Shown piece after piece: positions 21,319 through 32,867 of a stretch of DNA of 64,000 nucleotides (position 1 is the stretch's first letter; each line of letters starts with the position of its first letter). The notes beneath the pieces are model-generated. The model saw nothing but the letters and a program-made list of their open reading frames with translations. It was not told the DNA's origin and made no database searches. This DNA comes from Escherichia coli (lineage in GTDB: Bacteria; Pseudomonadota; Gammaproteobacteria; Enterobacterales; Enterobacteriaceae): the NCBI RefSeq assembly GCF_044647545.1, contig NZ_CP172818.1; one strand, 5' to 3'. A program made the position numbers and the translations under genes.

Positions 21319-22932
21319 ATGAAGCACTCTGTTTCAGTCACGTGTTGTGCGCTGTTGGTCAGCAGCATTTCTCTTTCGTATGCTGCTGAAGTTCCGAGCG
21401 GCACAGTACTGGCAGAGAAGCAGGAGCTGGTGCGCCACATTAAAGATGAGCCTGCGTCGCTGGATCCCGCTAAAGCCGTGGGCCTGCCAGAGATTCAGGT
21501 CATTCGCGATCTGTTTGAAGGACTGGTGAATCAGAACGAGAAAGGGGAGATTGTCCCCGGCGTTGCGACTCAGTGGAAAAGTAATGACAACCGTATCTGG
21601 ACATTTACCCTGCGCGATAACGCAAAATGGGCGGATGGCACTCCGGTAACGGCGCAAGATTTTGTCTACAGCTGGCAACGTCTGGTGGACCCAAAAACAT
21701 TGTCGCCATTTGCATGGTTTGCCGCGCTGGCGGGAATCAACAACGCACAGGCGATTATTGATGGTAAAGCCACGCCTGACCAGCTTGGCGTCACCGCAGT
21801 TGATGCCCATACTTTGAAAATCCAGCTTGATAAACCGTTGCCGTGGTTTGTGAATTTAACCGCTAACTTTGCCTTCTTCCCGGTGCAAAAAGCCAACGTA
21901 GAAAGCAGTAAAGAGTGGACGAAACCCGGAAATCTGATCGGCAATGGCGCTTATGTTCTTAAAGAGCGCGTAGTCAATGAAAAACTGGTCGTAGTGCCGA
22001 ATACCCATTATTGGGATAACGCCAAAACGGTACTGCAAAAAGTGACCTTCCTGCCAATTAATCAGGAATCCGCAGCCACTAAGCGTTACCTCGCGGGGGA
22101 TATTGATATCACTGAATCCTTCCCGAAAAATATGTATCAGAAGCTGTTGAAGGATATTCCGGGGCAGGTTTATACGCCGCCGCAGCTCGGGACCTATTAT
22201 TATGCGTTTAACACGCAAAAAGGGCCGACGGCAGATCAGCGCGTTCGCCTGGCATTAAGTATGACGATAGATCGCCGCCTGATGACCGAAAAAGTATTAG
22301 GGACGGGCGAAAAGCCAGCGTGGCATTTTACACCAGATGTTACCGCGGGATTTACGCCGGAACCTTCGCCGTTTGAACAAATGAGTCAGGAAGAACTGAA
22401 TGCGCAGGCAAAAACTTTGTTGAGCGCAGCTGGTTATGGTCCGCAAAAACCGCTGAAGCTGACGCTTTTGTATAACACTTCAGAAAACCATCAAAAAATT
22501 GCGATTGCTGTAGCATCAATGTGGAAAAAGAACCTTGGCGTAGATGTTAAATTGCAAAATCAGGAATGGAAAACCTATATCGATAGCCGTAACACCGGCA
22601 ATTTTGATGTTATCCGCGCCTCGTGGGTAGGGGATTATAATGAACCCTCCACTTTCCTGACATTATTAACGTCAACGCATTCCGGGAATATTTCACGCTT
22701 TAACAATCCGGCATATGACAAAGTTCTGGCCCAGGCATCGACGGAAAATACCGTTAAAGCGCGTAATGCCGATTACAACGCGGCAGAAAAAATCCTCATG
22801 GAGCAAGCACCGATTGCACCAATTTATCAATATACCAATGGACGATTAATCAAGCCGTGGCTGAAAGGTTATCCCATTAATAACCCTGAAGATGTGGCGT
22901 ACAGTCGGACTATGTATATTGTGAAGCATTGA
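21319..22932 (+). CDS. mppA: periplasmic murein tripeptide-binding protein
   Basis: ORF 21298-22932; likely ATG at 21319 (MKHSVSVTCC...); family 5 solute-binding protein with signal peptide. Confidence 0.9.
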   Translation: MKHSVSVTCCALLVSSISLSYAAEVPSGTVLAEKQELVRHIKDEPASLDPAKAVGLPEIQVIRDLFEGLVNQNEKGEIVPGVATQWKSNDNRIWTFTLRDNAKWADGTPVTAQDFVYSWQRLVDPKTLSPFAWFAALAGINNAQAIIDGKATPDQLGVTAVDAHTLKIQLDKPLPWFVNLTANFAFFPVQKANVESSKEWTKPGNLIGNGAYVLKERVVNEKLVVVPNTHYWDNAKTVLQKVTFLPINQESAATKRYLAGDIDITESFPKNMYQKLLKDIPGQVYTPPQLGTYYYAFNTQKGPTADQRVRLALSMTIDRRLMTEKVLGTGEKPAWHFTPDVTAGFTPEPSPFEQMSQEELNAQAKTLLSAAGYGPQKPLKLTLLYNTSENHQKIAIAVASMWKKNLGVDVKLQNQEWKTYIDSRNTGNFDVIRASWVGDYNEPSTFLTLLTSTHSGNISRFNNPAYDKVLAQASTENTVKARNADYNAAEKILMEQAPIAPIYQYTNGRLIKPWLKGYPINNPEDVAYSRTMYIVKH

Positions 22933-22982
22933 TGTGATGAGAACTGGCGTTACCCTTGTGGATAACGCCAGTGATGTCTGAT

Positions 22983-24014
22983 TTAGCGACCCTGGTCCGG
23001 CGGTGTAATGTTATCCATATACAGCGTCTGGCTGGGGAAGGCAAAGTCCGCACCGTGTGACTGTACAATATCGATAATCTTCAAATAAACGTCTTGCTGT
23101 GCAGCAAGCCATTCAGCCCATACCGTGGTTTTGGTAAAGCAATAAACCATAATATTCAATGAGGAGTCAGCAAACTGGTTGAAATAAACCAGTAAGGTTT
23201 GTCGCTGGTCGATGGCCGGGTGATTTTTCAGCATCTCACGTACGGCTTCGACAATAACGCCCACTTTTGCCGCATCCTCATAACGTAAACCAATGGTCGT
23301 GGTAATGCGCCGGTTGGTCATTCGTCCTGGGTTTTCTACGCTGATTGACGAAAACAACGAGTTCGGTACGTACAACGGACGATTATCAAAAGTCGTAATT
23401 TTGGTAATTCGCCAGCCAATTTCCGCTACTGTACCTTCGATATTTCTGTCCGGTGAACGGATCCAGTCGCCAATACTAAAAGGACGGTCGAAATAGAGCA
23501 TAATCCCGGAAAAGAAGTTACTCAAAATATCTTTACCGGCCATACCGACAGCCAGACCACCAATACCACCAAAGGTCAACAAGCCAGAAAGGCTCATGCC
23601 GAAATGTTCGCCATAAAGCAGAACAAGCACCACAATAATGGTGATTTTGATAATGCGCGACATGATCCGCGCACTGGTGATATCGCGACCTTTTTTAATC
23701 TGCTGTTTTTCAAACTGATTAATCAGCAGAAATAGCTTAATCGTCAGAATAACCGCAATCAGGGACGTACAGATAAAATCGATAACGCCTGGGGTGATAA
23801 ATTTGAGTTTATAGTTTTCTATAACATAGTTAATGATGCTACCAACAGCACTAATAATTATGGTGTAGATTAAAAATTGCACCGCATGGAATAAAAATCC
23901 TTTTCTTTTACGATTTCCACGGCGAAACCAAAAGCTCATCAGAATCAATGCTGCGCAGCTACCGAAAATAATGACCAGATTAAGCGCATTATTTGTAAAC
24001 AGTTCAGCGATCAT
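22983..24014 (-). CDS. ynaI: MscS-family mechanosensitive channel
   Basis: 343 aa ORF with N-terminal TM helices and MscS-like core. Confidence 0.85.
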   Translation of the reverse strand: MIAELFTNNALNLVIIFGSCAALILMSFWFRRGNRKRKGFLFHAVQFLIYTIIISAVGSIINYVIENYKLKFITPGVIDFICTSLIAVILTIKLFLLINQFEKQQIKKGRDITSARIMSRIIKITIIVVLVLLYGEHFGMSLSGLLTFGGIGGLAVGMAGKDILSNFFSGIMLYFDRPFSIGDWIRSPDRNIEGTVAEIGWRITKITTFDNRPLYVPNSLFSSISVENPGRMTNRRITTTIGLRYEDAAKVGVIVEAVREMLKNHPAIDQRQTLLVYFNQFADSSLNIMVYCFTKTTVWAEWLAAQQDVYLKIIDIVQSHGADFAFPSQTLYMDNITPPDQGR

Positions 24015-24253
24015 TGTTTTATCAGGCTCCTCCAGATAATTGTCGTCATGCCGGAAACCCCTGGCGGGACTATTTTACCGCGACAATTCATTCAGATCAT
24101 CAATAGTCAGGGAAGGAAGTAGCAACTCTAACTAATCAATACGTTGATTGTAAATCCAGCTAAGAGGTGAGGTTTTCAGAGCAGACAACGGTGAAATGTC
24201 ATGGTATTGTTACGTTTAGGTAACAAGAAATTTGTCTGCACAAGGATTACATC

Positions 24254-24511
24254 ATGATTATGGCGAAACTGAAGTCAGCGAAAGGGAAGAAATTTCTCTT
24301 TGGTTTGTTGGCGGTTTTCATTATTGCGGCGTCGGTTGTGACTCGCGCGACCATCGGCGGCGTTATAGAACAGTACAATATTCCGCTGTCTGAGTGGACG
24401 ACATCAATGTATGTGATTCAGTCATCGATGATTTTTGTTTATAGCCTGGTCTTTACTGTGTTGCTGGCAATACCGTTGGGAATTTATTTTCTTGGCGGCG
24501 AAGAGCAGTAA
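24254..24511 (+). CDS. ynaJ: small inner-membrane protein (DUF2534)
   Basis: 85 aa ORF with two hydrophobic helices; conserved position upstream of uspE. Confidence 0.7.
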   Translation: MIMAKLKSAKGKKFLFGLLAVFIIAASVVTRATIGGVIEQYNIPLSEWTTSMYVIQSSMIFVYSLVFTVLLAIPLGIYFLGGEEQ

Positions 24512-24545
24512 GTAAAAAATAGGCCCGATAACTCGGGCCTTGTCA
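24512..24545 (-). terminator. intrinsic terminator downstream of uspE (minus strand)
   Basis: Hairpin aggcccg-ataactc-gggcct followed on the minus strand by a T-run. Confidence 0.45.
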
Positions 24546-24560
24546 GTTATTGAAGAGTCG

Positions 24561-25511
24561 TTAATCGTCTTCTTCGTCATCCAGTTCAACGGGTGTCTGA
24601 TACTGGTCAGGTTTAATGACCAGCAGGTCGCAGCGAAGATGATCAATCACCTGTTCCGCCGTGTTGCCAAGGAATGCTGCTGAAATACCGGTGCGTCCGA
24701 CCGTGCCCAGAACCACAATCCCCGCCTGTAAGTGCTCCGCCAAATCAGGAATCACCTCTTCGGGCAGACCTTTTTCTACGTGCGTCATGTTTTCATTAAT
24801 GCCGAATTTCTGCCGCAGGGCTTTCATTGCCAGCAAATGTTGCCCACGAATGGCATCGTTATAAACGCTCGGATCAAATTCCGGCAGTTCAATCGCGATA
24901 TTAATTGGCGTTACCGGATAAGCGCCAACCAGATGAACTTCGGTATGGTTGACTTGTTCCGCCAGTTCGATCGTCTCTTTGACCAGTTTTTCATTGAGCG
25001 CATTATGGTACGGCTCTTCACTGGCGAGATTCACCGCCACCAGCGCCTTACCCCCTTCCGGCCACGGCTGGTCTTTCACCATCCACACGGGGCTTGGGCA
25101 TTTGCGTAACAGATGCCAGTCCGTTGGCGTAAAAATCACCGCTTCCAGACGGTCATGTTGGTGCGCCATTTTTAGCACCAAATCGTGCCCGCCGCTGATC
25201 ACTTCCTGAATGATGGCTTCGAAAGGACGGTTATGCCAGACCACTTTAATTTCAATGGGAACGCCAGCATTGAGATAATATTTTGCCTGCTCGTGGATCC
25301 AGGCTGTACGCTGGCTGATGACGCCCTGACGCATAGCGGTACGTTCGTCCGGAGAGAGCAGGGTGGTCATTTCGTATGAGAAGTCATAGATCGGCAAAAA
25401 GGCTTTAATTTTGCCACCAATCCGTTGATGTAAATAAACAGCTCGCCGCAATGCTGGTTGGTCGTCCTGGTTAGGATCGATAACAACGAGCATGTTCTGA
25501 TACATAGCCAT
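24561..25511 (-). CDS. uspE: tandem-domain universal stress protein E
   Basis: ORF 24561-25538; likely start [15 protein letters not shown] at 25511; two Usp domains. Confidence 0.85.
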   Translation of the reverse strand: MAMYQNMLVVIDPNQDDQPALRRAVYLHQRIGGKIKAFLPIYDFSYEMTTLLSPDERTAMRQGVISQRTAWIHEQAKYYLNAGVPIEIKVVWHNRPFEAIIQEVISGGHDLVLKMAHQHDRLEAVIFTPTDWHLLRKCPSPVWMVKDQPWPEGGKALVAVNLASEEPYHNALNEKLVKETIELAEQVNHTEVHLVGAYPVTPINIAIELPEFDPSVYNDAIRGQHLLAMKALRQKFGINENMTHVEKGLPEEVIPDLAEHLQAGIVVLGTVGRTGISAAFLGNTAEQVIDHLRCDLLVIKPDQYQTPVELDDEEDD

Positions 25512-25662
25512 ACAGGGTCTCCTTACAACAACTGTCAACGCAGTTTGTAATTAAAAGATTAACCCATATCTGGTGAATGAAACAGTGATGAACCTTCTGT
25601 CAGATCAATAAATCAGAAAAATTTAATGATATGACAGAAGGATAGTGAGTTATGCGGAAGAA

Positions 25663-26415
25663 TCAGGCAACGTTACGCGTGTGACCAGCAAGCTGGGCCA
25701 GCGCATCGTTATTTTCGATAGTGATGTATTTACCTTTGACTGCCAGCATACCGCTTTTCTGGAAGCGACCCAGCAGACGGCTGATGGTTTCAACTGTCAG
25801 GCCCAGATAGTTACCGATATCACCACGAGTCATCGTCAGGCGGAATTCACGAGGGGAGAAGCCGCGTTGGGCAAAACGACGGGACAGGTTGTAGATGAAT
25901 GCAGCCAGACGTTCCTCGGCATTTTTCTTCGACAACAGCAGGATCATGTCCTGATCGCCTTTGATTTCACCGCTCATCAGACGCATCATCTGCTGACGCA
26001 GATTCGGCATTTTACCGGACAAATCGTCCAGCGTTTCGAACGGGATTTCACATACCATCGAGGTTTCCAGCGCCTGAGCGAAGCTCGGGTGATGACCGCT
26101 GCCGATAGCGTCAAATCCCACCAGGTCGCCTGCTAAATGGAAACCAGTGATTTGCTCGTCGCCTTGCTCAGTGATGGTATAACTTTTAATCGTACCGGAG
26201 CGGATGGCATAAAGCGATTTAAGTTCATCACCAGCCTTAAACAGCGTCTGGCCTTTCTGAATAGGCTTCTTCCGCTCAATGATATTATCAAGCTGATCAA
26301 GCTCATGTTCGTTGAGTGTGAACGGGATGCAAAGCTGGCTGATGCTGCAATCCTGGCAATGGATAGCACAACCGCCAGACTGAATGCGCCGTATAATTCG
26401 CTTTTCCGGGATCAT
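25663..26415 (-). CDS. fnr: global anaerobic regulator FNR (CRP/FNR family)
   Basis: ORF 25663-26472; start [29 protein letters not shown] at 26415; N-terminal Cys cluster and C-terminal HTH. Confidence 0.9.
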
Positions 26416-26434
26416 AGGTCTGCTCAAGCCGTAA

Positions 26435-26448
26435 TTGATATTTGTCAA
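26435..26448. promoter_or_regulatory. FNR-box in fnr promoter region (candidate autoregulatory site)
   Basis: ttgat-attt-gtcaa fits TTGAT-N4-ATCAA, 20 bp upstream of the fnr start codon. Confidence 0.5.
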
Positions 26449-26609
26449 TTTTAACATCTTTTTAGGGAGCAAGTAAGTCTAAGCAAACCTTAACAGCAGA
26501 GAATTCCGATATTAGATGTAAATATATGTCTATCTATTTGAAAACCCTTAAGTTGTTAAGGGTAACTTTACATAAAAGTGTGAACAAGCTGGCACAAATT
26601 GTTTAATGT

Positions 26610-27125
26610 TTACAGCAAAAGATAACCTTCGTGGCGCAATAACCACTCTTTTCGCTGAACTCCGCCTGCATATCCGGTCATGGTACCGTTTCTGCCAATG
26701 ACCCGATGACAAGGCACAACAATGCTGATGGGATTCGATCCATTTGCCGCACCTACGGCACGCGCCGCACCGGGGCGGCCCAATTGTTCAGCCAGTTGGC
26801 CGTAATGCATTACCTGCCCGCAGGGGATTGTGCGTAATGTTTTCCAGACTTCGCGCTGAAATGGCGTCCCCCCCGTGGCAGTGGGAAGCGTATCAATAAT
26901 GCTAAGATTACCGGCAAAATATTCACGAAGCTTGTCGCTTAAACCACCTGGGTTGGTGGCAGAAATGCGCTCATAGCCTTCTTTGCGATAATGGATGTCC
27001 AGCAGCTGCACCATGCGTTCGCTGTACTCTTCCCATTCAACCGCCCGCAGGCGAAATTGCTCATCGCAAATCACCCACAGTGGACCCAGTGGCGTGACAA
27101 TTTTTTCTTCAAGTAATCTCAGCAT
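26610..27125 (-). CDS. ogt: O6-alkylguanine-DNA alkyltransferase
   Basis: 171 aa ORF with active-site PCHRV motif ([10 protein letters not shown]). Confidence 0.9.
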   Translation of the reverse strand: MLRLLEEKIVTPLGPLWVICDEQFRLRAVEWEEYSERMVQLLDIHYRKEGYERISATNPGGLSDKLREYFAGNLSIIDTLPTATGGTPFQREVWKTLRTIPCGQVMHYGQLAEQLGRPGAARAVGAANGSNPISIVVPCHRVIGRNGTMTGYAGGVQRKEWLLRHEGYLLL

Positions 27126-27135
27126 CCGTTCTCTC

Positions 27136-28668
27136 TTAAGACAAACGTGGGTAAATCCCCGGACCTATCGGCAGACCAACAAGATACCACGCCAGCAACA
27201 TCAGCAGCCATACCACCAAAAAGATAAGTGGATAGGGCAAAACTAACGAATAGTAAGTACCCAGTTTCGCGTCTGGTTTGTAACGTTGCAGGAATCCAAG
27301 AAACAGTGGAACAAAAGGAGATACCGGCGCTAAAGGCAATACGGATGAGTCGGCAATACGAAAGAGGATTTGCGCAAATGCCGGGTGAAAGCCAAGTAGC
27401 ATAAACATTGGTACGAAAATGGGGGCCAGAATCGACCAGATTGCGGAACCGCTGGCGATAAACATGCATAAGAAAGAGGAAAGCAACGCCAGACCGACAA
27501 ACGCCGGGATGCCGCTAAGCCCTGAACTTTCCAGTATATCGGTCAGCCCCACGGCGATGAATTTCCCCATGTTGCTCCAGTTAAACATGGCGACAAACTG
27601 GGCGAGGGGAAAAACCATCACGATAAATCCCGCCATCTCTTTCATCGGTTCAATCATTAAATGCGGTAAATCCGCCTGACGTCGAATTGTGCGGGTAGCG
27701 ATGCCATAAGCCAGCGAGACCACAAAGAAAAAAAGAATGATCAGTGGCACGATACCTTTAATAAAGGGTGATGGCATCACGGTGTGATTAATCGGATCGC
27801 GCAATATCCCGTTTTCCGGGATCACCATCAGCGCAATCGCAGCAATAAAAAGTAGCGATACGACACCTGCTATGTGTAAACCAAAACGCTGACTTTCGGT
27901 CAATGTCTGCAGTTTCTCATCGCTGTTTCCCTGCCATTGACCTAAACGTGGCTCAATGATTTTGTCGGTTATCAGGCCGCCAACAATCGTCAGTACGACT
28001 ACGGAGCTGGCCATAAAATACCAGTTATCAATTACACTGACGTGCATTTGCGGATTGAACGCAGCCGCAGCCTCCGTGCTGATCCCCGACAGCAACACGT
28101 CGGTTGTGACAATCAGTAAATTAGCCGTAAAGCCGCAACCTACGCCTGCAATGGCGGCAAGTAAACCTGCAACTGGATGCCTGCCCACCGCCAGAAAAAT
28201 TAGCGCACCCATCGGTGGCATGATCACTAACGCCGCATCGGAAGAAATGTGGCTGAAAAAAGCAATAAACAGCACCATATAACTGGCGTAGCGGGCATTC
28301 ACATGCGATGCCATTTTAACCATCAACGCTGGCAGTAAGCCGACGCGCTCCGCCAGACCGGCACCTAAAACCAGCGCCAGGATCGCGCCAAGTGGAGCAA
28401 AACCGCTAAAGTTTTTAATAACATTGGGTAAAAACCAGTGTAATCCTTCCACACTGAGCAGGTTTTTCACGACCACTGGCGTACCATCGGTCGGGTTTTT
28501 CGCACTGACGCCAAAGGCCGACAAAATTGCCGTCGTCACCATGAGTACGATAATCAAATAGATAAAGAGCAAAAAAGGATGGGGAACCTTGTTACCAATT
28601 CTTTCGACCCAGCCATAGAGCTTCCCGGATTGGGAGGACGACGGTATGGATGACATACTCATGGGCAT
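27136..28668 (-). CDS. abgT: p-aminobenzoyl-glutamate transporter (AbgT family)
   Basis: 510 aa polytopic membrane ORF; operon with abgA/abgB. Confidence 0.85.
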   Translation of the reverse strand: MPMSMSSIPSSSQSGKLYGWVERIGNKVPHPFLLFIYLIIVLMVTTAILSAFGVSAKNPTDGTPVVVKNLLSVEGLHWFLPNVIKNFSGFAPLGAILALVLGAGLAERVGLLPALMVKMASHVNARYASYMVLFIAFFSHISSDAALVIMPPMGALIFLAVGRHPVAGLLAAIAGVGCGFTANLLIVTTDVLLSGISTEAAAAFNPQMHVSVIDNWYFMASSVVVLTIVGGLITDKIIEPRLGQWQGNSDEKLQTLTESQRFGLHIAGVVSLLFIAAIALMVIPENGILRDPINHTVMPSPFIKGIVPLIILFFFVVSLAYGIATRTIRRQADLPHLMIEPMKEMAGFIVMVFPLAQFVAMFNWSNMGKFIAVGLTDILESSGLSGIPAFVGLALLSSFLCMFIASGSAIWSILAPIFVPMFMLLGFHPAFAQILFRIADSSVLPLAPVSPFVPLFLGFLQRYKPDAKLGTYYSLVLPYPLIFLVVWLLMLLAWYLVGLPIGPGIYPRLS

Positions 28669-28698
28669 TCCTCGTTTGTTGTGTTTGCGTTGTTGTTG

Positions 28699-30144
28699 TT
28701 ATTTTAAAGGTGACGGTGTCACGTTTTTCGGGATAGGGCAGTGATACGGTTGCGTGTCCGTAACTTGCTGATGCTCTTGTTGGCATTCTTGCAATAGCCC
28801 TGAATCAATGAAGAGATTAAGTGTGGTTGCTGCCATAGTTTTCGCCGCCAGCAGCATTCCTTTATGAGCAATAGATGTTCGCCCCTGGCTAACCAGTTGC
28901 CACGTATGTAGCGGGGTACCGACGGCAAAGCAGGGGCTGAAACACTGGGCAACAGGCAGTTTCCAACTGACGTCGCCGACATCAGTCGATGCCGCAAGCA
29001 CGTTATCGGTGGCGGCATATGGAGCGACTTCATTCGCCAGTACCGTTTCACGATGACGTAGTGCAAAAGCCTTGCCGTTTTCGCCACCGGTTGCAGCGAT
29101 ATTGTTCAAACTGTTTTGCCGATCGTTGGGGGTGAGCGTAGCCTGAATTTGTTTCGCAAAAGCCAGTTCTTCGCAGTTCCATTCCGGGGTACCAAAATGG
29201 GATAGGGCTCGGTACATGGCATTTTCTAAGGTGCGATTCGGGAGATAACTGGAACAGGCTTTGTCGAAGCGGCATTCAACCGTGGTTTCGGTCATCAATG
29301 CCGCACCTTCGGCGATTTTGGCGACCCGATCATAAATATGCTGCACATCGGTCATTTCGGGGGCGCGGATAAGATAAAGCACTTCTGCCTGCGCCTGGAC
29401 CACGTTGGGCGAGATCCCGCCGCTATCTGTGATGGCATAGTGTACGCGCGCTTTTTCAATAATATGTTCGTTGAGGAAGTTGGTGCCAGTGGTCATCAAC
29501 GTTACGGCATCAAGGGCGCTGCGTCCCAAATGAGGGGAATTCGCGGCATGTGCTGCGATCCCTTTAAAGCGCCATGATGCCTGAATGTTTGCCAGCGTGC
29601 GGGTATTGAACATACCGGCAAAGGCTTCCGGGTGCCAGGTGAGTGCCGCATCCACATCATCAAATACCCCCTCGCGGACCATGAACGTTTTACCCGAGCC
29701 GCCTTCTTCGCCAGGACAACCATAAAAGCGCACCGTGCCGCCTTGCCCATATTGTTCCAGCCATTTCTTGACGGCTATTGCAGCGGCAAAGGCGGCGGTT
29801 CCCAGCAAATTGTGTCCGCAACCGTGACCATTTTCACCGGGCGTCGCGGATGTAGGTTGCGCGCAACTTGCTTGCTGACTTAAACCTGCCAGGGCGTCAT
29901 ATTCCCCCAGCAGGGCGATAACCGGTTTGCCTTGACCAAACGAAGCAATAAAGGCATTTGGGATATTGCCTACGTTGCGGGTAACGATGAAGCCTGAAGA
30001 TTCCAGCGCCGAAGCCAGATGCTCCGCTGACCAGAACTCTTCAAAACGTGTTTCTGGATGATCCCAGATTTGATCGGCAATATCGGTATAACGTTGGCGA
30101 TCGGCTTCAATCGCATCGTCGATAAAACGATAGATTTCCTGCAT
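28699..30144 (-). CDS. abgB: p-aminobenzoyl-glutamate hydrolase subunit B (M20 peptidase)
   Basis: 481 aa ORF, M20 metallopeptidase features. Confidence 0.85.
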   Translation of the reverse strand: MQEIYRFIDDAIEADRQRYTDIADQIWDHPETRFEEFWSAEHLASALESSGFIVTRNVGNIPNAFIASFGQGKPVIALLGEYDALAGLSQQASCAQPTSATPGENGHGCGHNLLGTAAFAAAIAVKKWLEQYGQGGTVRFYGCPGEEGGSGKTFMVREGVFDDVDAALTWHPEAFAGMFNTRTLANIQASWRFKGIAAHAANSPHLGRSALDAVTLMTTGTNFLNEHIIEKARVHYAITDSGGISPNVVQAQAEVLYLIRAPEMTDVQHIYDRVAKIAEGAALMTETTVECRFDKACSSYLPNRTLENAMYRALSHFGTPEWNCEELAFAKQIQATLTPNDRQNSLNNIAATGGENGKAFALRHRETVLANEVAPYAATDNVLAASTDVGDVSWKLPVAQCFSPCFAVGTPLHTWQLVSQGRTSIAHKGMLLAAKTMAATTLNLFIDSGLLQECQQEHQQVTDTQPYHCPIPKNVTPSPLK

Positions 30145-30158
30145 CAGATACCTCGCGT

Positions 30159-31469
30159 TCAGGGAAAATTGAGCGCGGTGCGCGCCAGCGTTTCGACGGC
30201 AATAGTGAGAACCTGCTCGTCAAAATCGAATTTTTCGTTGTGGTGACCTGCCGCCAGCTGTGTGCCAAACACCATATAGGAGGCTTGCCCTTGATGTTGC
30301 TGCACGCGGGCCATCATTAATGTGGCATCTTCGGAACCCGCAGGCGCTTCAACACGTTCAATTGCCTGATTGACCCCCGCGACCTGAGCTGCCTGACTTT
30401 GCAACCATGCGACCCATTGCGGCGAAGGAGAACTGGCGGTAGCTGCACCCATCAGACGAGTTTCAACGCCGACACCATACATGGTTGCTGCGCCCTGAAT
30501 CGCTTGTTGTGCACGGTCAAAAACATATTGATTAATGACGTCGCTGGCCCCGCGTGTTTCCACTTTCAGCAACGCTGAGGCGGGAACAACATTACGACCG
30601 CTTCCTGCCTGCATAACGCCCACGTTTACTCTGGAAGCGCCTTCGCTGTGCGGGGCGATTGCATGCAGTGCAAGAGTTGCTTGTGCTGCAGCCAACAAGG
30701 CATTGTGACCGTCTTCTGGTTTTGCGCCTGCGTGAGCGGCGGTCCCGGTGAAGTGCGCGTCAAATTTGGTGGTTGCCATAAAATTATCACTGCCGCACAC
30801 CACGGTGCCCGCAGGTACGCCAGTGCCAATGTGAACGGCAGTAAAATAATCAACATCATCCACTACTCCTGCATCGACCATCGCCCGCGCGCCACGCGTA
30901 CCTTCCTCTGCAGGTTGAAAAATCAGTTTGATGACGCCATGTAGTCCGGACTCGAACTGTTTAAGGGTATGCGCCAGCCCAAGCCCAATGGCGGTATGTC
31001 CATCATGACCACAGGCATGCATCATTCCGGCGTTACATGACGCAAAACCGTCGCGGTAGGGGCGATGGCTGACATCTTGCTCTTCACTGAGATCCAGCGC
31101 GTCCATATCGACACGGAAAGCCATCACCGGACCGGGGCGACCAGTATCCAGGGTAGCGACGATGCCAGTGAAACCGCCTTCAAAAGCCGCAATCCATTGT
31201 TCTAGCGCCCCCTGTTGACGAGCGCGCTCGAATTCGCGTTGTAGAGTGAATTCATCAGGTAATCCCATCCGGCTACTTTCATTAACGACTTCGCGGCCCA
31301 GCGCCAGTGAATAACCGAGCTGGTGCAATTCTTCCGCAACAACGGTGGCAGTGCGGAATTCCACCCAGCCAGACTCTGCATAGTGGTGAAAATCACGTCG
31401 CCAGTGCGATAATTTTGGGGCAAGCGAATTAATAAATTGATTCAAAGACTCCATAACCTTTCCCGTCAT
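30159..31469 (-). CDS. abgA: p-aminobenzoyl-glutamate hydrolase subunit A (M20 peptidase)
   Basis: 436 aa ORF, M20 family, adjacent to abgB. Confidence 0.85.
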   Translation of the reverse strand: MTGKVMESLNQFINSLAPKLSHWRRDFHHYAESGWVEFRTATVVAEELHQLGYSLALGREVVNESSRMGLPDEFTLQREFERARQQGALEQWIAAFEGGFTGIVATLDTGRPGPVMAFRVDMDALDLSEEQDVSHRPYRDGFASCNAGMMHACGHDGHTAIGLGLAHTLKQFESGLHGVIKLIFQPAEEGTRGARAMVDAGVVDDVDYFTAVHIGTGVPAGTVVCGSDNFMATTKFDAHFTGTAAHAGAKPEDGHNALLAAAQATLALHAIAPHSEGASRVNVGVMQAGSGRNVVPASALLKVETRGASDVINQYVFDRAQQAIQGAATMYGVGVETRLMGAATASSPSPQWVAWLQSQAAQVAGVNQAIERVEAPAGSEDATLMMARVQQHQGQASYMVFGTQLAAGHHNEKFDFDEQVLTIAVETLARTALNFP

Positions 31470-31629
31470 CAGTAAAAAGTGTGACCCGGTTCACGTAGCG
31501 ATAGTTTTTACTTATCACTAACTGATTTTTCACAGTTTTAACCGTTCATAAATTACCCTGACACAATCATCTGCATTAAAGTAGATGCCAGTTTCTTTGG
31601 TCTGATAAATAACGGTTATCGGTGGCGTC

Positions 31630-32538
31630 ATGGCTTTTCAGGTAAAAATTCATCAAATTCGGGCTTTTGTTGAAGTGGCTCGTCAGGGCAGCATTCGCGG
31701 AGCGAGCCGAATGTTGAATATGTCGCAACCGGCACTGAGTAAATCTATTCAGGAACTGGAAGAAGGGTTGGCGGCACAACTCTTTTTTCGCCGTAGTAAA
31801 GGCGTGACGTTAACTGATGCCGGTGAAAGTTTTTATCAGCACGCCAGTCTTATTCTTGAAGAGCTGCGCGCAGCGCAAGAGGATATTCGCCAACGACAAG
31901 GGCAACTGGCAGGGCAAATTAATATCGGCATGGGGGCCAGTATTTCCCGCAGTCTGATGCCAGCTGTCATATCTCGTTTTCATCAGCAGCATCCGCAGGT
32001 AAAAGTACGCATTATGGAAGGGCAACTGGTGTCGATGATTAATGAATTGCGCCAGGGAGAACTGGATTTCACCATCAATACCTATTATCAGGGACCCTAC
32101 GACCACGAATTTACTTTTGAGAAATTACTGGAAAAGCAATTCGCGATCTTTTGCCGCCCGGGACATCCCGCCATTGGTGCCCGTTCGATCAAACAGTTAC
32201 TGGACTACAGCTGGACAATGCCGACGCCACACGGCAGCTACTACAAACAGTTGAGTGAATTGCTTGACGATCAGGCGCAAACGCCACAGGTCGGCGTAGT
32301 CTGCGAGACGTTCTCAGCCTGTATCAGTCTGGTGGCAAAAAGCGATTTTCTCAGCATACTACCTGAAGAAATGGGCTGCGATCCCTTGCACGGACAGGGG
32401 CTGGTGATGTTGCCGGTTAGCGAAATTTTACCGAAAGCGGCCTATTATTTGATTCAGCGGCGTGATAGTCGCCAGACACCACTGACCGCGTCATTAATCA
32501 CGCAATTCCGGCGAGAATGCGGCTATCTGCAAAGTTAA
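31630..32538 (+). CDS. abgR: LysR-family transcriptional regulator
   Basis: 302 aa ORF with N-terminal HTH (SIRGASRMLNMSQPALSKSIQELE), divergent from abgABT. Confidence 0.85.
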   Translation: MAFQVKIHQIRAFVEVARQGSIRGASRMLNMSQPALSKSIQELEEGLAAQLFFRRSKGVTLTDAGESFYQHASLILEELRAAQEDIRQRQGQLAGQINIGMGASISRSLMPAVISRFHQQHPQVKVRIMEGQLVSMINELRQGELDFTINTYYQGPYDHEFTFEKLLEKQFAIFCRPGHPAIGARSIKQLLDYSWTMPTPHGSYYKQLSELLDDQAQTPQVGVVCETFSACISLVAKSDFLSILPEEMGCDPLHGQGLVMLPVSEILPKAAYYLIQRRDSRQTPLTASLITQFRRECGYLQS

Positions 32539-32544
32539 AACTGC

Positions 32545-32640
32545 ATAAAAAAATAGAGTCTGTCGACATCCGCCAGACTCTACAGTACACACAGCAGTGC
32601 ATCCGCGTCTTAAATCCGGCATGGTCTCCTCTGCGCCGGT
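32545..32640 (-). ncRNA. mcaS: small regulatory RNA McaS (IsrA)
   Basis: Reverse complement reads ACCGGCGCAGAGGAGAC...GAGTCTGGCGGATGTCGACAGACTCTATTTTTTTAT, matching the recalled McaS sequence including terminator hairpin and U-tail; abgR-smrA intergenic location. Confidence 0.8.
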
Positions 32641-32867
32641 GACTGTGTTATAACGGTTTTAACCTTTAGTTGCCAATTTTCTTCAGTGACAGATTTCACG
32701 AAAATATAAGTTACATTATTAATATCGTGAATGAATAATCATGCATAAGCATTTTGCTTAAAATATCGGCAACATTTGGAACTTATTACTGGAAATTTGG
32801 GTAATACGTTGTTGGACCAGCCCGGTCTGGTTATCATATCGCGCTCTTAATTGCGGGAGGATGTAAC

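Noticed and set aside
25645-26136. 163-aa plus-strand ORF overlapping fnr
   Set aside because: Antisense to fnr with no start context or recognisable domain; considered spurious
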